NCBI GenBank assembly: GCA_024637275.1
Contig: JAGXFS010000068.1
Coordinates: 1 to 54,618, forward strand
Reading direction: 5' to 3'
Length of the DNA: 54,618 bases
Origin: Acidimicrobiia bacterium
GTDB taxonomy: Bacteria; Actinomycetota; Acidimicrobiia; Spongiisociales; JAENVV01
Both the position numbers and the translations under genes were made by a program. Shown here piece by piece: positions 19,584 to 30,289 of the stretch. The stretch's first letter is position 1. Every line of letters begins with the position of its first letter. The notes beneath the pieces were generated by a model, which had not been told where the DNA came from, did no database searches, and saw nothing but the letters and a program-made list of their open reading frames with translations.

Positions 19584-20507
19584 ATGGCGTCAAACCTTCA
19601 ATCCGCAGAAACTGAGGCGGTCGGCCAGAAGACGTGGATATGGCAGGCGTTCGCCATGCCGGGCGTCGTGTGGCTTATCGTCCTGTTTGTCGTGCCGTTC
19701 TATGCCGTGATTTCCGTGGCAATGGGCGACATCGACCCGATCTTCCTCAAACCCCAGCCGGAATGGAATCCGCTGGCCTGGGACCCGAGTGCGTTTGGGG
19801 CGGTATTTGGAGATCTGTTTGGTGGGCAACTGGGCAAGATCGCCGTGCGCACGATGGGTTATGTTGCCTCCGCGTCCCTGCTCTGCGTCGCAATCGGTTA
19901 CCCGGTGGCGTACTTTGTTGCCCGGCGAGTAGAAAAGCACAAGGCGCTCTGGCTCTTGGCCTTGCTTGCTCCGTTTTGGATCAATTACTTGATGCGGATG
20001 TTGGCCTGGGTCAACCTGCTGAGTCCGGATGGATGGGTGAACAAGGCCATTGCTTTGTTTGGTTTCCCCGAGCAGAACTGGCTCAGTGGACGGGCGATTG
20101 TCGTAATCCTGGGTCTGGTCTATGGCTATATCCCCTACTTCATCCTGCCCCTATACGCGGCCCTGGATCGCATCGACACGCAGGTCATCGAAGCGGCCAA
20201 AGACCTGGGGGCCAGCCCGCGACAGGCATTCCTGCGCGTCACGGCCCCAATGTCGAAGCAGGGAGTGCTAGCCGGGCTCGTGATCATCATGCTTCCTATG
20301 TTTGGCGACTATTACACGCCGAACCTGCTGTCGGGTTCACCACGAACTCGCATGATCGGGAACCAGATTGATCAGTTCATCAATCAGACCACCAGTCAGG
20401 GCGGCCAGGGCGCCGCATTGACGCTCGTTCTTATGGCGTTTGTAGCGATTCTGATGGTCTACTACCTCATCAATATTTCACGCGTGACCCAGAAAGCTCG
20501 CGAATGA
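19584..20507 (+). CDS. Polyamine-type ABC transporter permease (PotB-like)
   Basis: IGYPVAY, PFWINYLMR, EAAKDLGA (EAA loop). Confidence 0.88.
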   Translation: MASNLQSAETEAVGQKTWIWQAFAMPGVVWLIVLFVVPFYAVISVAMGDIDPIFLKPQPEWNPLAWDPSAFGAVFGDLFGGQLGKIAVRTMGYVASASLLCVAIGYPVAYFVARRVEKHKALWLLALLAPFWINYLMRMLAWVNLLSPDGWVNKAIALFGFPEQNWLSGRAIVVILGLVYGYIPYFILPLYAALDRIDTQVIEAAKDLGASPRQAFLRVTAPMSKQGVLAGLVIIMLPMFGDYYTPNLLSGSPRTRMIGNQIDQFINQTTSQGGQGAALTLVLMAFVAILMVYYLINISRVTQKARE

Positions 20508-21379
20508 CGATCAAGGCCCGACTTGCCAATCCGTGGGGACGGCCCAGGTTCCTGAGGATCGCGACGCTAATTTACATCGCCTGGTCGCTGATCCCCGTAC
20601 TGATCGCCATTCAGTTCTCGTTCAACGCTGGACGGTCCAGGAGCACCTGGCAAGGCTTCTCGCTGCGCTGGTATCTCTACGACGCCGGGTCGGTCCTCAA
20701 GGACGATTCCCTGCTTCTGGCACTCGTTCAGAGCTTGCGACTAGCCGCGCTCACGATGCTCGTTGCGGCTCCGATCGGGATCGCCCTCGCGATTGGTCTT
20801 GCCCGCTGGCGAGGGCGAGGCGTCAAGGCCGCCAGCTTCCTTATGCTCATTCCGCTCGTTACGCCCGAGATCGTGATGGGCGTCGCACTCTTCCTCGTAT
20901 TTGCGAACCTGTACGACTTCGTCGCGTTCGGAACATGGGCCCAATTCCTCGGGCACGTCACGTTCTCCATCTCGTTTGTCGTGATCATCGTGCGGGGACG
21001 TTTGTTCGCGATCGGCCGTGACTACGAGGAAGCAGCGATGGATCTGGGCGCTTCGCCATTCGAGGCGATGCGCCGGGTGCTGCTGCCGATGCTCGCCCCG
21101 GCCATCGTGGCATCGTTTGCGATCGTATTTGCCCTGTCCATTGACGACTTCGTGATTAGCCAATTCCTGGCAGGCGGTGCCTCTTCGATCACCATACCGG
21201 TGCGGCTGTACTCGGGTGCTCGTTTGGCTCCTCCCCCGTCACTCAACGCACTTGCGACCCTTTTGCTCGTAACCACCATGCTCGCTGTTGGCTCGGCCGG
21301 TTGGGCAACTCGACGGTACAACCGCCGCGATGGGGGTTCGGAGTCCGCGGTCCAGGCGGTAGCCCACTTTGAGATCTAG
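20504..21379 (+). CDS. Polyamine-type ABC transporter permease (PotC-like)
   Basis: FSFN..WQGFSLRWY, PEIVMG, EEAAMDLGA, SIDDFVIS. ATGA overlap with the upstream permease. Confidence 0.88.
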   Translation: MTIKARLANPWGRPRFLRIATLIYIAWSLIPVLIAIQFSFNAGRSRSTWQGFSLRWYLYDAGSVLKDDSLLLALVQSLRLAALTMLVAAPIGIALAIGLARWRGRGVKAASFLMLIPLVTPEIVMGVALFLVFANLYDFVAFGTWAQFLGHVTFSISFVVIIVRGRLFAIGRDYEEAAMDLGASPFEAMRRVLLPMLAPAIVASFAIVFALSIDDFVISQFLAGGASSITIPVRLYSGARLAPPPSLNALATLLLVTTMLAVGSAGWATRRYNRRDGGSESAVQAVAHFEI

Positions 21380-22479
21380 CTGGGGAGTGCCGGTTCGACC
21401 GGATCAGCTCTGCTCGTCCGAGGCACGACCCACACCGCGTCGGGCGGGACGCCGAGCGTAAGCGAATCACCACGTTTGAACGAAACCGCGTGACCGTCGT
21501 TGGGAACCGAGGCCTGGATCTCGCCGAGGCCAGGGACGTTGATGAGTACGTGGAGGACCGAGCCGAGATACACCACCCTATCGATCGTCCCGTGAACGTT
21601 GTTGGCTTCGTGGCCGTCGAGTCGAATCCGTTCCGGTCGAATACAGACGCTGACTTCGCCGCCGCCATTGACCATGCCCGCGCTAGCTGTCAGCTGCTGC
21701 CCGCCGACGGACACGACACAGGAAGCCCCATCGTTCGATGCAATAGTTCCGTGCAACAGGTTTGATAGGCCGAGAAAGTCTGCGATATAGGTGCTCGCAG
21801 GACGCTCGTAGACATCGGCGGGTGATCCGAGCTGTTCGATCTTTCCGTGATTCATCACGGCCAGCCGATCTGACATAGTCAAAGCTTCTTCTTGGTCATG
21901 CGTCACGTAGATGAATGTGATTCCAACCTGCTCCTGGAGTGCCTTTAGTTCGACCTGGAGTGCTTTGCGCAGCTTGGCGTCGAGAGCGCCAAGCGGTTCG
22001 TCGAGGAGCAAAACCGATGGGTTCAAGACGAGAGATCGTGCGAGAGCGACCCGCTGTTGCTGGCCCCCCGACAGCTGCGTCGGTTTTCGTTTATCGAGTC
22101 CACCCAGCCGTACCAGTTCGAGAGCGGCGCCGACCTTCTCGGCAACTTCGTGCTTTGGTACATCGGTATAGCGGAGACCGAATGCGACGTTGTCACCGAC
22201 CGACATATGCGGAAAAAGGGCGTAGCTCTGGAATACGGTCGAGACTGGCCGCTTGTGGGGAGGGATCTCAGCCATGTCAGATCCGTCGAGCTGTATTTCT
22301 CCCGTAGTCGGTCGCTCAAATCCCGCCACCATCCGCAAGGTGGTTGTCTTTCCGCAGCCCGAAGGGCCGAGCAAAGAGAAGAACTCGCCAGGTTCGATGT
22401 CTAGATCTATACCGTCAACGGCAACGATGTCGCCAAACCGCTTCGATAGATTGACGAGCTTGATCGCACCACCAGACAT
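21376..22479 (-). CDS. Polyamine-type ABC transporter ATP-binding protein (PotA-like)
   Basis: GPSGCGKTT, VFQSYALFPHM, LSGGQQQR, LLLDEP, VTHDQEEA, C-terminal TOBE-like region. Confidence 0.92.
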   Translation of the reverse strand: MSGGAIKLVNLSKRFGDIVAVDGIDLDIEPGEFFSLLGPSGCGKTTTLRMVAGFERPTTGEIQLDGSDMAEIPPHKRPVSTVFQSYALFPHMSVGDNVAFGLRYTDVPKHEVAEKVGAALELVRLGGLDKRKPTQLSGGQQQRVALARSLVLNPSVLLLDEPLGALDAKLRKALQVELKALQEQVGITFIYVTHDQEEALTMSDRLAVMNHGKIEQLGSPADVYERPASTYIADFLGLSNLLHGTIASNDGASCVVSVGGQQLTASAGMVNGGGEVSVCIRPERIRLDGHEANNVHGTIDRVVYLGSVLHVLINVPGLGEIQASVPNDGHAVSFKRGDSLTLGVPPDAVWVVPRTSRADPVEPALPS

Positions 22480-22560
22480 GGTGCGAGGCTAGCGGTGATA
22501 GCCAGAACCTGCCTTGGTAAATCATGCAGAAGCGTCAACAGATTCGCGTAGTGTGGGGCT

Positions 22561-23763
22561 GTGATTCCAGCACCATTGCCAGCCGAAGCAATTGAAGCGA
22601 TTCTCAAGACCGACGGCACCAATCGCACGCTCCCATCGATGGCGTATGCGTCCGAGGAGGTGTTCGCATGGGAACAGGCCGAACTGTTCGACGGCGGGTG
22701 GGTATGTCTGGGCCGGACCGACGATCTGTTGTCGCCCGGTCAGTTGCGAGCGATCGAATTCGGCAAAGAAACAGTGCTGTTGTCGCGCCCCGACCAAGGT
22801 GCCATAACCGGTTTTTCCAACGTTTGCCGTCATCGGGGCCACGAGCTAGTTCCGGTAGGCAAGGCAATCGACGCCAGGCAGATCAGATGTCCCTACCACT
22901 CCTGGGCTTACCGCATGGACGGCACACTCAGGACCGCCCCAACGTTGACGCAGAGCCCTCGCTTCGATGAAGCGGACTGGTCACTTCACAGGTTTCGGGT
23001 CGACGATTGGCATGGCTGGCTGTTCGCCAACAGTTCGGGGTCGGGTCAGACGCTCGCCGATACGATGGGATCGCTCGGTGACGTGATTTCAAGCTATGAG
23101 CCAAACCGTTTGGTCACGGTCGCCACCCATGCGTATGAAATCGCCGCCAATTGGAAGCTGATTGCCGAGAATTACCTTGAGTGTTACCACTGCACCACCA
23201 TCCACCCGGCACTCTGTGAAGTGACGCCTCCCAGTAGCGGCCGGACCCTTCACTCAGACGGCATGTGGTGCGGAGGGACGATGGATCTCAAGCCACACGC
23301 CGAAACGATGTCTTTTAGTGGCGACTCTGGAACTGCGCCTTTCCGAAATCTTGATCCGACTCTTGCCCGAGAGATCCTTTACCTGTTGGTGATGCCGAAC
23401 CTGTTCGTGAGCGCCCACCCCGATTACATCATGACCCACCGGATGCAGGCCCTGTCGCCAGGTCGTACCCACGTCGTATGCGAGTGGTTGTTCTCGCCGG
23501 AATCTGTCAACCAACCGGACTTCGACCCTAGCTACGCCGTCGACTTCTGGGATTCCACCAACCGCGAGGACTGGACAGCTTGCGAAGGGGTACAACGAGC
23601 TACCGCTAATCGCGGCTTTCAGCCTGGACCACTCAGCAGTTGGGAGTCTTCGCTTGCCAAGTTCCATGCGATGCTCGGGCGGGCGTATCGGGGCGACGGG
23701 TTCGTTCCTCCGCCAACCGTCGAGTGGGATCCGTACCTGGAGGGGTCCCAGAACGCCCTATAG
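22561..23763 (+). CDS. Second Rieske non-heme iron oxygenase alpha subunit (GbcA-like)
   Basis: NVCRHRG...CPYHSW; ANWKLIAENYLECYHCTTIHP; FWDSTNRED. Confidence 0.9.
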   Translation: MIPAPLPAEAIEAILKTDGTNRTLPSMAYASEEVFAWEQAELFDGGWVCLGRTDDLLSPGQLRAIEFGKETVLLSRPDQGAITGFSNVCRHRGHELVPVGKAIDARQIRCPYHSWAYRMDGTLRTAPTLTQSPRFDEADWSLHRFRVDDWHGWLFANSSGSGQTLADTMGSLGDVISSYEPNRLVTVATHAYEIAANWKLIAENYLECYHCTTIHPALCEVTPPSSGRTLHSDGMWCGGTMDLKPHAETMSFSGDSGTAPFRNLDPTLAREILYLLVMPNLFVSAHPDYIMTHRMQALSPGRTHVVCEWLFSPESVNQPDFDPSYAVDFWDSTNREDWTACEGVQRATANRGFQPGPLSSWESSLAKFHAMLGRAYRGDGFVPPPTVEWDPYLEGSQNAL

Positions 23764-23920
23764 ACGTGCGCTGTGGCTGCGCCATGATCGCCAGAATGTT
23801 CAAACGGCGAGTCGTGACGTAGGATGTGGCGCGTCTTCAGGGGGGATATTGACGGATGCCAAAAATTAGCTCAACCGCGACCGGGAGTTCACCGGTGGAA
23901 TCGTCCGAAGTGAGGTCAAG

Positions 23921-24847
23921 ATGTCCGAACTGTTGACGATTCCTGAGCTCCGGATGACGCACCTCCAGCAGCTCGAATCTGAGAGCATTCACATTATTCG
24001 TGAGGTGGCTGCGCAGTTTGAAAAGCCCGTCATGTTGTACTCGATCGGCAAAGACTCGTCCGTGTTGCTCCACCTGGCCCGCAAGGCATTCTTCCCTGGC
24101 AAGATTCCCTTCCCGCTCATGCATATAGACACCACGTGGAAGTTTCGTGAGATGATCACGTTCCGGGACCGTATGGCTGAGGAGATTGGCTTCGAACTGG
24201 TTGTCCACACCAACCAGGAAGGCGTTGCACAAGGCATCAACCCGTTCGATCACGGCTCGAAGAACTACACCGACATCATGAAGACACAAGCGCTCAAGCA
24301 GGCGCTGACCGCCGGTGGCTACGACGCGGCCTTTGGAGGGGCTCGACGCGACGAAGAGAAGTCCCGGGCCAAGGAGCGCGTATTCAGCTTTCGCGATCAG
24401 CATCACCGATGGGACCCCAAGAACCAACGCCCCGAGCTGTGGAGCCTCTACAACGGCCGGGTGCACAAGGGCGAGAGCATCCGGGTATTTCCGATCAGCA
24501 ACTGGACCGAACTCGACGTTTGGCAGTACATCCACCTCGAGGAAATTCCGATCGTGCCGCTCTACTACTCCGCAGTACGCCCCGTTGTGGACCGCGATGG
24601 GGTGATCATCATGGTTGACGATGACCGTTTCCAGTTCAACGATGGCGAAGTGCCCGAAATGCGATCGGTTCGTTTCCGTACGCTCGGTTGCTATCCCCTG
24701 TCCGGTGCCGTTGAATCAACAGCCGATACCCTGCCGGAGATCATTCAAGAGATGCTCCTCGCGACGCGTTCAGAGCGAGAAGGTCGTGTGATTGACTACG
24801 ACCAGTCGGGTTCGATGGAGGAAAAGAAGCGGGAGGGCTACTTCTAA
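23921..24847 (+). CDS. cysD: Sulfate adenylyltransferase subunit 2
   Basis: [54 protein letters not shown]. Confidence 0.97.
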   Translation: MSELLTIPELRMTHLQQLESESIHIIREVAAQFEKPVMLYSIGKDSSVLLHLARKAFFPGKIPFPLMHIDTTWKFREMITFRDRMAEEIGFELVVHTNQEGVAQGINPFDHGSKNYTDIMKTQALKQALTAGGYDAAFGGARRDEEKSRAKERVFSFRDQHHRWDPKNQRPELWSLYNGRVHKGESIRVFPISNWTELDVWQYIHLEEIPIVPLYYSAVRPVVDRDGVIIMVDDDRFQFNDGEVPEMRSVRFRTLGCYPLSGAVESTADTLPEIIQEMLLATRSEREGRVIDYDQSGSMEEKKREGYF

Positions 24848-26766
24848 TGAGCCACCAATCTGACCTTATCGCCACCGATATCGATGCCTACCTCGCGGAA
24901 CACGAGAATAAGGACCTGCTTCGCTTTCTGACCTGCGGCAGCGTCGACGACGGTAAGTCGACATTGATCGGTCGCCTGCTCCATGACTCGAAAATGATAT
25001 ACGAGGACCAGCTCGCGACGTTGCAGGTCGACTCGACGACGATGGGATCCGCTGGCGATCAGGTGGACCTGGCGCTCCTTATGGACGGTCTCAAGGCCGA
25101 GCGTGAGCAGGGCATAACGATTGACGTGGCGTATCGCTACTTCTCGACGGCCCGTCGAAAATTCATCATCGCCGATACTCCCGGACATGAGCAGTACACC
25201 CGGAATATGGTCACCGGAGCATCCACCTGCCAGTTGGCCATCATTCTGATAGACGCCCGTCGGGGGGTTCTCCCCCAAACCAAACGCCACAGCTACATCG
25301 CCAGTCTGCTCGGCATTCGCAATGTGGTGGTTGCCATTAACAAGATGGATCTTGTTGACTGGTCCGAGGACCGGTTTAACGAGATCCGAGAGTCCTATCT
25401 CGAGTTCGCCAAAGGATTGGATCTCGGGACCCCATACTTTCTCCCCATGTCGGCCCTCCTTGGTGACAACGTCGTAGAACGAGGAACGTCGCTCGAATGG
25501 TTCACCGGACCGGCACTTATGGAGCATCTCGAAACGGTCCATGTGGTCAGCGAAATCGACTTCGAACGCTTCCGGATGCCGGTACAACTCGTTCTGCGCC
25601 CAAACCTTGATTTCCGGGGTTTCGCCGGGACGATCGCTTCGGGGGTGTTGCGGCCCGGAGACCCGGTCATATCGCTCCCTTCCGGGGTGGGCTCAACGGT
25701 CGAGCGGATCGTCAGCTTCGACGGGGACCTGGACCTGGCTGGAGCCGGGCGTGCGGTAACCGTGACACTGGCCGACGAAATAGACATAAGTCGCGGGGAC
25801 ATTCTCGTCAAAGCAGGTCAACAGCCGCTCAAGGCCCATGACGTCGATGCCATGATTGTTTGGATGGCTGATGCTTCCCTCAAACCCGGCCAGCAATACT
25901 TGCTCCAGTCGACGAACGGCTTCAGCAATGCGACGGTTGCCGCGATCCGGCATCGGGTGGACATCAACACACTCGAGCGTGAGCAAGCATCGGAACTGGG
26001 GCTCAACGACATCGCGTTGTGTTCGATCAGGTCGGACCGTGAGCTGCTGTTCGACCCCTACGCAGAGAGTCGTCAGACAGGATCCTTCATCCTCGTAAAC
26101 CGCCTCACGAATGCCACGGTCGGGGCGGGGATGATTACCGGAGCCGCGTCGGCGTGGGATCGGACCCCTGAGGCCGGCCTTGTACGGCACATATCGGGCA
26201 TCGAAGATGCCGAACGGGCCATTCGGTACGGTCAGCAACCGTGCACCGTGTTGCTCACCGGCCTGACTGCCGCCGGTAAGTCGACCATTGCAACAGCCCT
26301 GGAACGCGAGCTATTCGATCGTGGCAAAGTTTCGATCCGCCTCGATGGCGAAAACGTCCGGATGGGGATCAGCCGGGACCTTGGCTTCAGTGCTGAGGAC
26401 CGCTCCGAGAACTTGCGCCGCGTTTCGGAAGTTGCCCGCCTGGTCAACAATCAGGGTCTGGTCGCCGTAGCCGCCCTGGTCGCTCCCAATTCCGACGTCC
26501 GGAGCAGAGCCCGGGATCTCATCGGCCCACAGCGGTACATCGAGGTGTTCCTTGACACTCCCGTTGAAGTATGTCGCCAGCGCGATCCCAACGGGTTGTA
26601 CGAAGCCGCTGATCGAGGAGAGATCCAGCATTTCCCCGGAGTATCGGCCACCTATGAACGCCCTACGGACATGGACCTGCGGTTGGACACTTCAGTACAG
26701 AGCGTCAGTGAATGTGTGAGCGAGATCTTGCGGGTTCTCGGAGAACGTGGATTCCTGCGTGGATGA
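24847..26766 (+). CDS. cysNC: Sulfate adenylyltransferase subunit 1 fused to an APS-kinase-like domain
   Basis: [44 protein letters not shown]; C-terminal [17 protein letters not shown] domain. Confidence 0.95.
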   Translation: MSHQSDLIATDIDAYLAEHENKDLLRFLTCGSVDDGKSTLIGRLLHDSKMIYEDQLATLQVDSTTMGSAGDQVDLALLMDGLKAEREQGITIDVAYRYFSTARRKFIIADTPGHEQYTRNMVTGASTCQLAIILIDARRGVLPQTKRHSYIASLLGIRNVVVAINKMDLVDWSEDRFNEIRESYLEFAKGLDLGTPYFLPMSALLGDNVVERGTSLEWFTGPALMEHLETVHVVSEIDFERFRMPVQLVLRPNLDFRGFAGTIASGVLRPGDPVISLPSGVGSTVERIVSFDGDLDLAGAGRAVTVTLADEIDISRGDILVKAGQQPLKAHDVDAMIVWMADASLKPGQQYLLQSTNGFSNATVAAIRHRVDINTLEREQASELGLNDIALCSIRSDRELLFDPYAESRQTGSFILVNRLTNATVGAGMITGAASAWDRTPEAGLVRHISGIEDAERAIRYGQQPCTVLLTGLTAAGKSTIATALERELFDRGKVSIRLDGENVRMGISRDLGFSAEDRSENLRRVSEVARLVNNQGLVAVAALVAPNSDVRSRARDLIGPQRYIEVFLDTPVEVCRQRDPNGLYEAADRGEIQHFPGVSATYERPTDMDLRLDTSVQSVSECVSEILRVLGERGFLRG

Positions 26767-27352
26767 CCGTCCTGTCTCATCGAATATTGTTCGCAGCCAT
26801 GGTCAGGTAACCCCTGAAGATCGGGCGGCTCAGCTCGGTCATAAGGCGTATACCGTCTGGTTCACGGGGTTGTCGGGATCTGGCAAGTCGACCCTCGCGT
26901 ATGCGGTTGAACGGTCTCTCATTAATCGAGGAGTGGCGGCCTACGTGCTCGACGGAGACAACATCCGCTTCGGGCTTAACCGGGACCTGGGCTTCTCTGC
27001 CGAAGACCGGACCGAAAATATTCGACGTATTGGGGAAGTTTGTCGGCTCTTTCAGGACTCCGGACTCATCGTACTGACCGCATTCATCTCACCGTACGCG
27101 GCAGATCGCGACGCAGTCCGAGCGATACACCCGGAAGGACGTTTCATCGAAGTGTACGTCGACACGCCGCTGGAACTGTGTGAATCACGCGATGTCAAGG
27201 GCCTTTATGCGAAAGCCCGAGCGGGCGAGATTCCGGAATTCAGCGGAGTGTCGGCACCCTATGAACCGCCCGGGCGGCCTGAGATCCGGGTGGACACAAC
27301 GCTCCCACTCGACGACTGCGTGCGTCAGATCGTTGAAGCGCTCGACCGCTGA
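26759..27352 (+). CDS. cysC: Adenylyl-sulfate kinase
   Basis: [46 protein letters not shown] start overlaps the end of cysNC. Confidence 0.95.
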   Translation: MDDRPVSSNIVRSHGQVTPEDRAAQLGHKAYTVWFTGLSGSGKSTLAYAVERSLINRGVAAYVLDGDNIRFGLNRDLGFSAEDRTENIRRIGEVCRLFQDSGLIVLTAFISPYAADRDAVRAIHPEGRFIEVYVDTPLELCESRDVKGLYAKARAGEIPEFSGVSAPYEPPGRPEIRVDTTLPLDDCVRQIVEALDR

Positions 27353-27612
27353 GCAAGTCCGGATTGGTCAGGGAGCCGGAACCCCGAATTTCTGAGTCGC
27401 ACTCGATGTTGATGGTCACCACTTCCGAAACTCCCCCACCTTGACGTGGAGGGTGTAGTCACGGACTTCTAGAGTCCCCGGCGAAGTGGTCGTCTCTTCG
27501 ATGAGTGCAGCGGTTTCGATTTGGTACCGACCAGGGATCCGACGCTCCATGAGCAATGCAGTGAAACCTTTATGCGAGAATCTCCAAAGACTCAGATTGG
27601 AACAGAAGCGTC

Positions 27613-28416
27613 ATGTATGAATCGTTAGGTGGAAAGGTGGTTCTGGTCACCGGGGCAGGTTCCGGCATCGGGAGAGCTATCGCTGAGCGGTTTGGCACCG
27701 TGGGTGCCAGGGTCGTCGTCAATGATGTAGACGCTGGCAAAGCGCAAGAAGTTGCTGAACACATCGCCTCTGTGGGTGGGTCGGCCATGGCGATCCGGGC
27801 CGACGTCTCAGACGGTACCGACGTCGCCGATATGTTTGCGACGCTCATGGAAGAACACAACAGGATTGATGTGCTCGTCAACAACGCCGGGTTGGTCGGT
27901 CCAATGCTGCACTTCTTCGAAGCAGACGAAGCCTGGTGGCGCCGGATTATCGACGTCAACCTCACCGGTCACTTCCTATGTTCCCATCGGGCCGCCCGGA
28001 TCATGGCGAAGGCCGGGGGTGGAGCAATCATCAACATGAGCTCGGGCGGCGCGACGCAGTCGCACCGTTCTTTCACTGCCTACGACGCAACGAAGGGCGG
28101 GATCGAGGCGCTCACCCGTGCAATGGCCCTCGACCTTGGACCGTACAACATTCGGGTAAATGCTCTCATGCCTGGCTCCATCGACACCAGCGGCCTGCCG
28201 ATCGAAGACAGGATCTTTCGTGGAGAGAACGTACCCTTGGGTCGCATCGGCGAAGCCTATGACATGACGGGCGCTGCCCTCTTCCTGGCATCCGACGATG
28301 CCTCCTACATCACGGGGGACGTCCTGAAAGTCGACGGCGGAATGACCGCTCAGCAACGCTCCGCCACCGTCGACATCATGCCTCCTTCCGGTTTTCCCCG
28401 GATCGAAGACCTCTAA
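27613..28416 (+). CDS. Short-chain dehydrogenase/reductase
   Basis: TGAGSGIG, NNAG, S...YDATK catalytic residues, IRVNALMPG, VDGG. Confidence 0.92.
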   Translation: MYESLGGKVVLVTGAGSGIGRAIAERFGTVGARVVVNDVDAGKAQEVAEHIASVGGSAMAIRADVSDGTDVADMFATLMEEHNRIDVLVNNAGLVGPMLHFFEADEAWWRRIIDVNLTGHFLCSHRAARIMAKAGGGAIINMSSGGATQSHRSFTAYDATKGGIEALTRAMALDLGPYNIRVNALMPGSIDTSGLPIEDRIFRGENVPLGRIGEAYDMTGAALFLASDDASYITGDVLKVDGGMTAQQRSATVDIMPPSGFPRIEDL

Positions 28417-28432
28417 GGAGATGTGAACGGCA

Positions 28433-29617
28433 GTGCAGACCTCATACGATGTCGTAATCGTGGGTGGGGCGTTGATGGGGAGCTCGATTGCGTACTTCTT
28501 GAGCGAGAATCCCGACTTTGGCGGCTCGATCCTGGTCGTGGAACCGGACCCGACCTACGAAAACGCCCAGAGCACCCGGTCGGGAAATAGTTTCCGCGAA
28601 CAGTTCTCGAACCCGCTCAATATCAAAATCAGCCAGTTTGGACTTGAGTTTCTTGATGACTTTGAGCATCGTGTCGTCGTCGACGGCGACGTCCCAGACC
28701 TGAACTTCCGTGGCACCGGATATCTGTTTCTCGCCACAAACCAGGAAGGTTTAGCCCGACTGGACGCAGACCATCTCGTGCAGTTGGCGGAGGGTGCCGA
28801 CGTTCGTATGCTCACCCCTGACGAAACGCAGCGTCAGTTTCCGTATATGAGCACCGACACCCTGGTTGGATCCCGCTTCGGTAGCGAGCGTGAAGGCTCG
28901 ATCGACGGATGGGCTCTCTTGCTCGGATTCCGCCAGCGAGCCAGACACAACGGGGTCACGTACGTCGCCGACCGGGTCGTGGGACTCGATCGTGATGGCG
29001 ATCGCATCGCTGCCGTACGCCTTGCCTCGGGCAGCGTCGTGCCGTGCGGGTACGTGGTGAACGCGGCAGGAACTCGAGCGAAGGTCATTGCAGACATGGC
29101 CGGGCTTCCATTGCCGATTGAGCCGAGATCCCGGACCACGTTCGTGTTCGATTGCCGGCAACCGATTGAAGAGAACGTGCCCCTGACCGTGACTCCAGAA
29201 GGAGTCCACTTCCGGAGAGAACGCCAGCACTATGTAACCGGCGGTGTGCCACTCGATGACCGGCCCGTTGACTACGACGATCTTGCCACTCGTCACAACG
29301 AGTTCGAGGAGATTGTCTGGCCGGTCCTGGCGAAGTATGTTCCCCAGTTCGAGCGCATCGCCGTTATGGCCTCCTGGGGCGGCCAATACGCGTACAACGT
29401 GCTCGACCACAATCTTGTGATTGGTCCGGCCGAGTCTCTCGTCAACCTCATGTTTGCCAACGGGTTCTCGGGTCATGGTCTCCAACAGTCACCGGCGGTC
29501 GGGCGCGGGATTAGCGAACTCATCACCTACGGTGAGTATCGGACGCTCGATCTGTCGCCACTTGGCTACGAACGGATCGTGCGCAATGAACCATTCGTCG
29601 AGTCGGCGATCATCTAG
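28433..29617 (+). CDS. FAD-dependent oxidoreductase (DAO/sarcosine oxidase beta/FOXRED1-like)
   Basis: DVVIVGGALMGSS, GYLFLA, VNAAG, ANGFSGHGLQQSPAVGR. Confidence 0.9.
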   Translation: MQTSYDVVIVGGALMGSSIAYFLSENPDFGGSILVVEPDPTYENAQSTRSGNSFREQFSNPLNIKISQFGLEFLDDFEHRVVVDGDVPDLNFRGTGYLFLATNQEGLARLDADHLVQLAEGADVRMLTPDETQRQFPYMSTDTLVGSRFGSEREGSIDGWALLLGFRQRARHNGVTYVADRVVGLDRDGDRIAAVRLASGSVVPCGYVVNAAGTRAKVIADMAGLPLPIEPRSRTTFVFDCRQPIEENVPLTVTPEGVHFRRERQHYVTGGVPLDDRPVDYDDLATRHNEFEEIVWPVLAKYVPQFERIAVMASWGGQYAYNVLDHNLVIGPAESLVNLMFANGFSGHGLQQSPAVGRGISELITYGEYRTLDLSPLGYERIVRNEPFVESAII

Positions 29618-29686
29618 CGGGAACCTTCCGCAGTATTGGAACGTCCCAAACGGAAAGCCCGACCCTGTCGTGCTGAGGAGGGGCCA

Positions 29687-30289
29687 ATGCAACCGATTCA
29701 TCGTTCCGCAAAGACTTCGACTGATCCGCGGGACTCGAACTTCGATGATGGGGAGCGGCGACAGCAGTTCGAAGCGATCTACCGGGCTACCTACGAACCT
29801 CTGCAAAGGTATCTGCGGCGCAGGACCACTCTCGACGACGCAGAAGAAGCCCTCGACGATGTGCTTCTTGTTCTTTGGCAGAAGTTGCCGGCGCTTATTG
29901 AGGATGACTACCTCCCCTGGTGCTATGGCGTGGCGCGCCGTACGCTCGCCAACCGACGCCGAAGCCACCAGCGACGAATCCGCCTACTCGATCGGCTAAC
30001 CAGGGAAGCTGCGCTACCTGAAGTTCACGAAGAAGCAGGGCTCGACGACTACCCACAATTGGCGAGTGCTTTCCGTCAACTTGGTGAACAAGACCGCGAG
30101 GTCCTCCGCCTGTGGGCCTGGGAGGGTCTAGAAGCGAGGGAGATCGCGATCGTATTGGGCGTCACGGCTAACGCTGTCAGCCTTCGCCTGTCCAAAGCAA
30201 AAAAGAAGTTGGGTCGACTGATCGATGGACAGAATCCGGCCGGTGCCGGACATAGAGAGGTTAAGAACAACGGAGAGTATCCATCGTGA
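29687..30289 (+). CDS. ECF RNA polymerase sigma factor
   Basis: Region 2 DAEEALDDVLLVLW..W.YGVARRTLAN; region 4 L...DREVLRL.AWEGL...EIA.VLG..ANAV.LRLSKAK. Confidence 0.9.
   Translation: MQPIHRSAKTSTDPRDSNFDDGERRQQFEAIYRATYEPLQRYLRRRTTLDDAEEALDDVLLVLWQKLPALIEDDYLPWCYGVARRTLANRRRSHQRRIRLLDRLTREAALPEVHEEAGLDDYPQLASAFRQLGEQDREVLRLWAWEGLEAREIAIVLGVTANAVSLRLSKAKKKLGRLIDGQNPAGAGHREVKNNGEYPS

Noticed and set aside
23764-23920. SAM riboswitch upstream of cysD
   Set aside because: I found no recognisable SAM-I/IV core sequences.
27416-27550. 44-aa minus-strand ORF (MERRIPGRYQIE...) between cysC and the SDR gene
   Set aside because: It has no recognisable family or RBS. It could be a relic, but I cannot support that.
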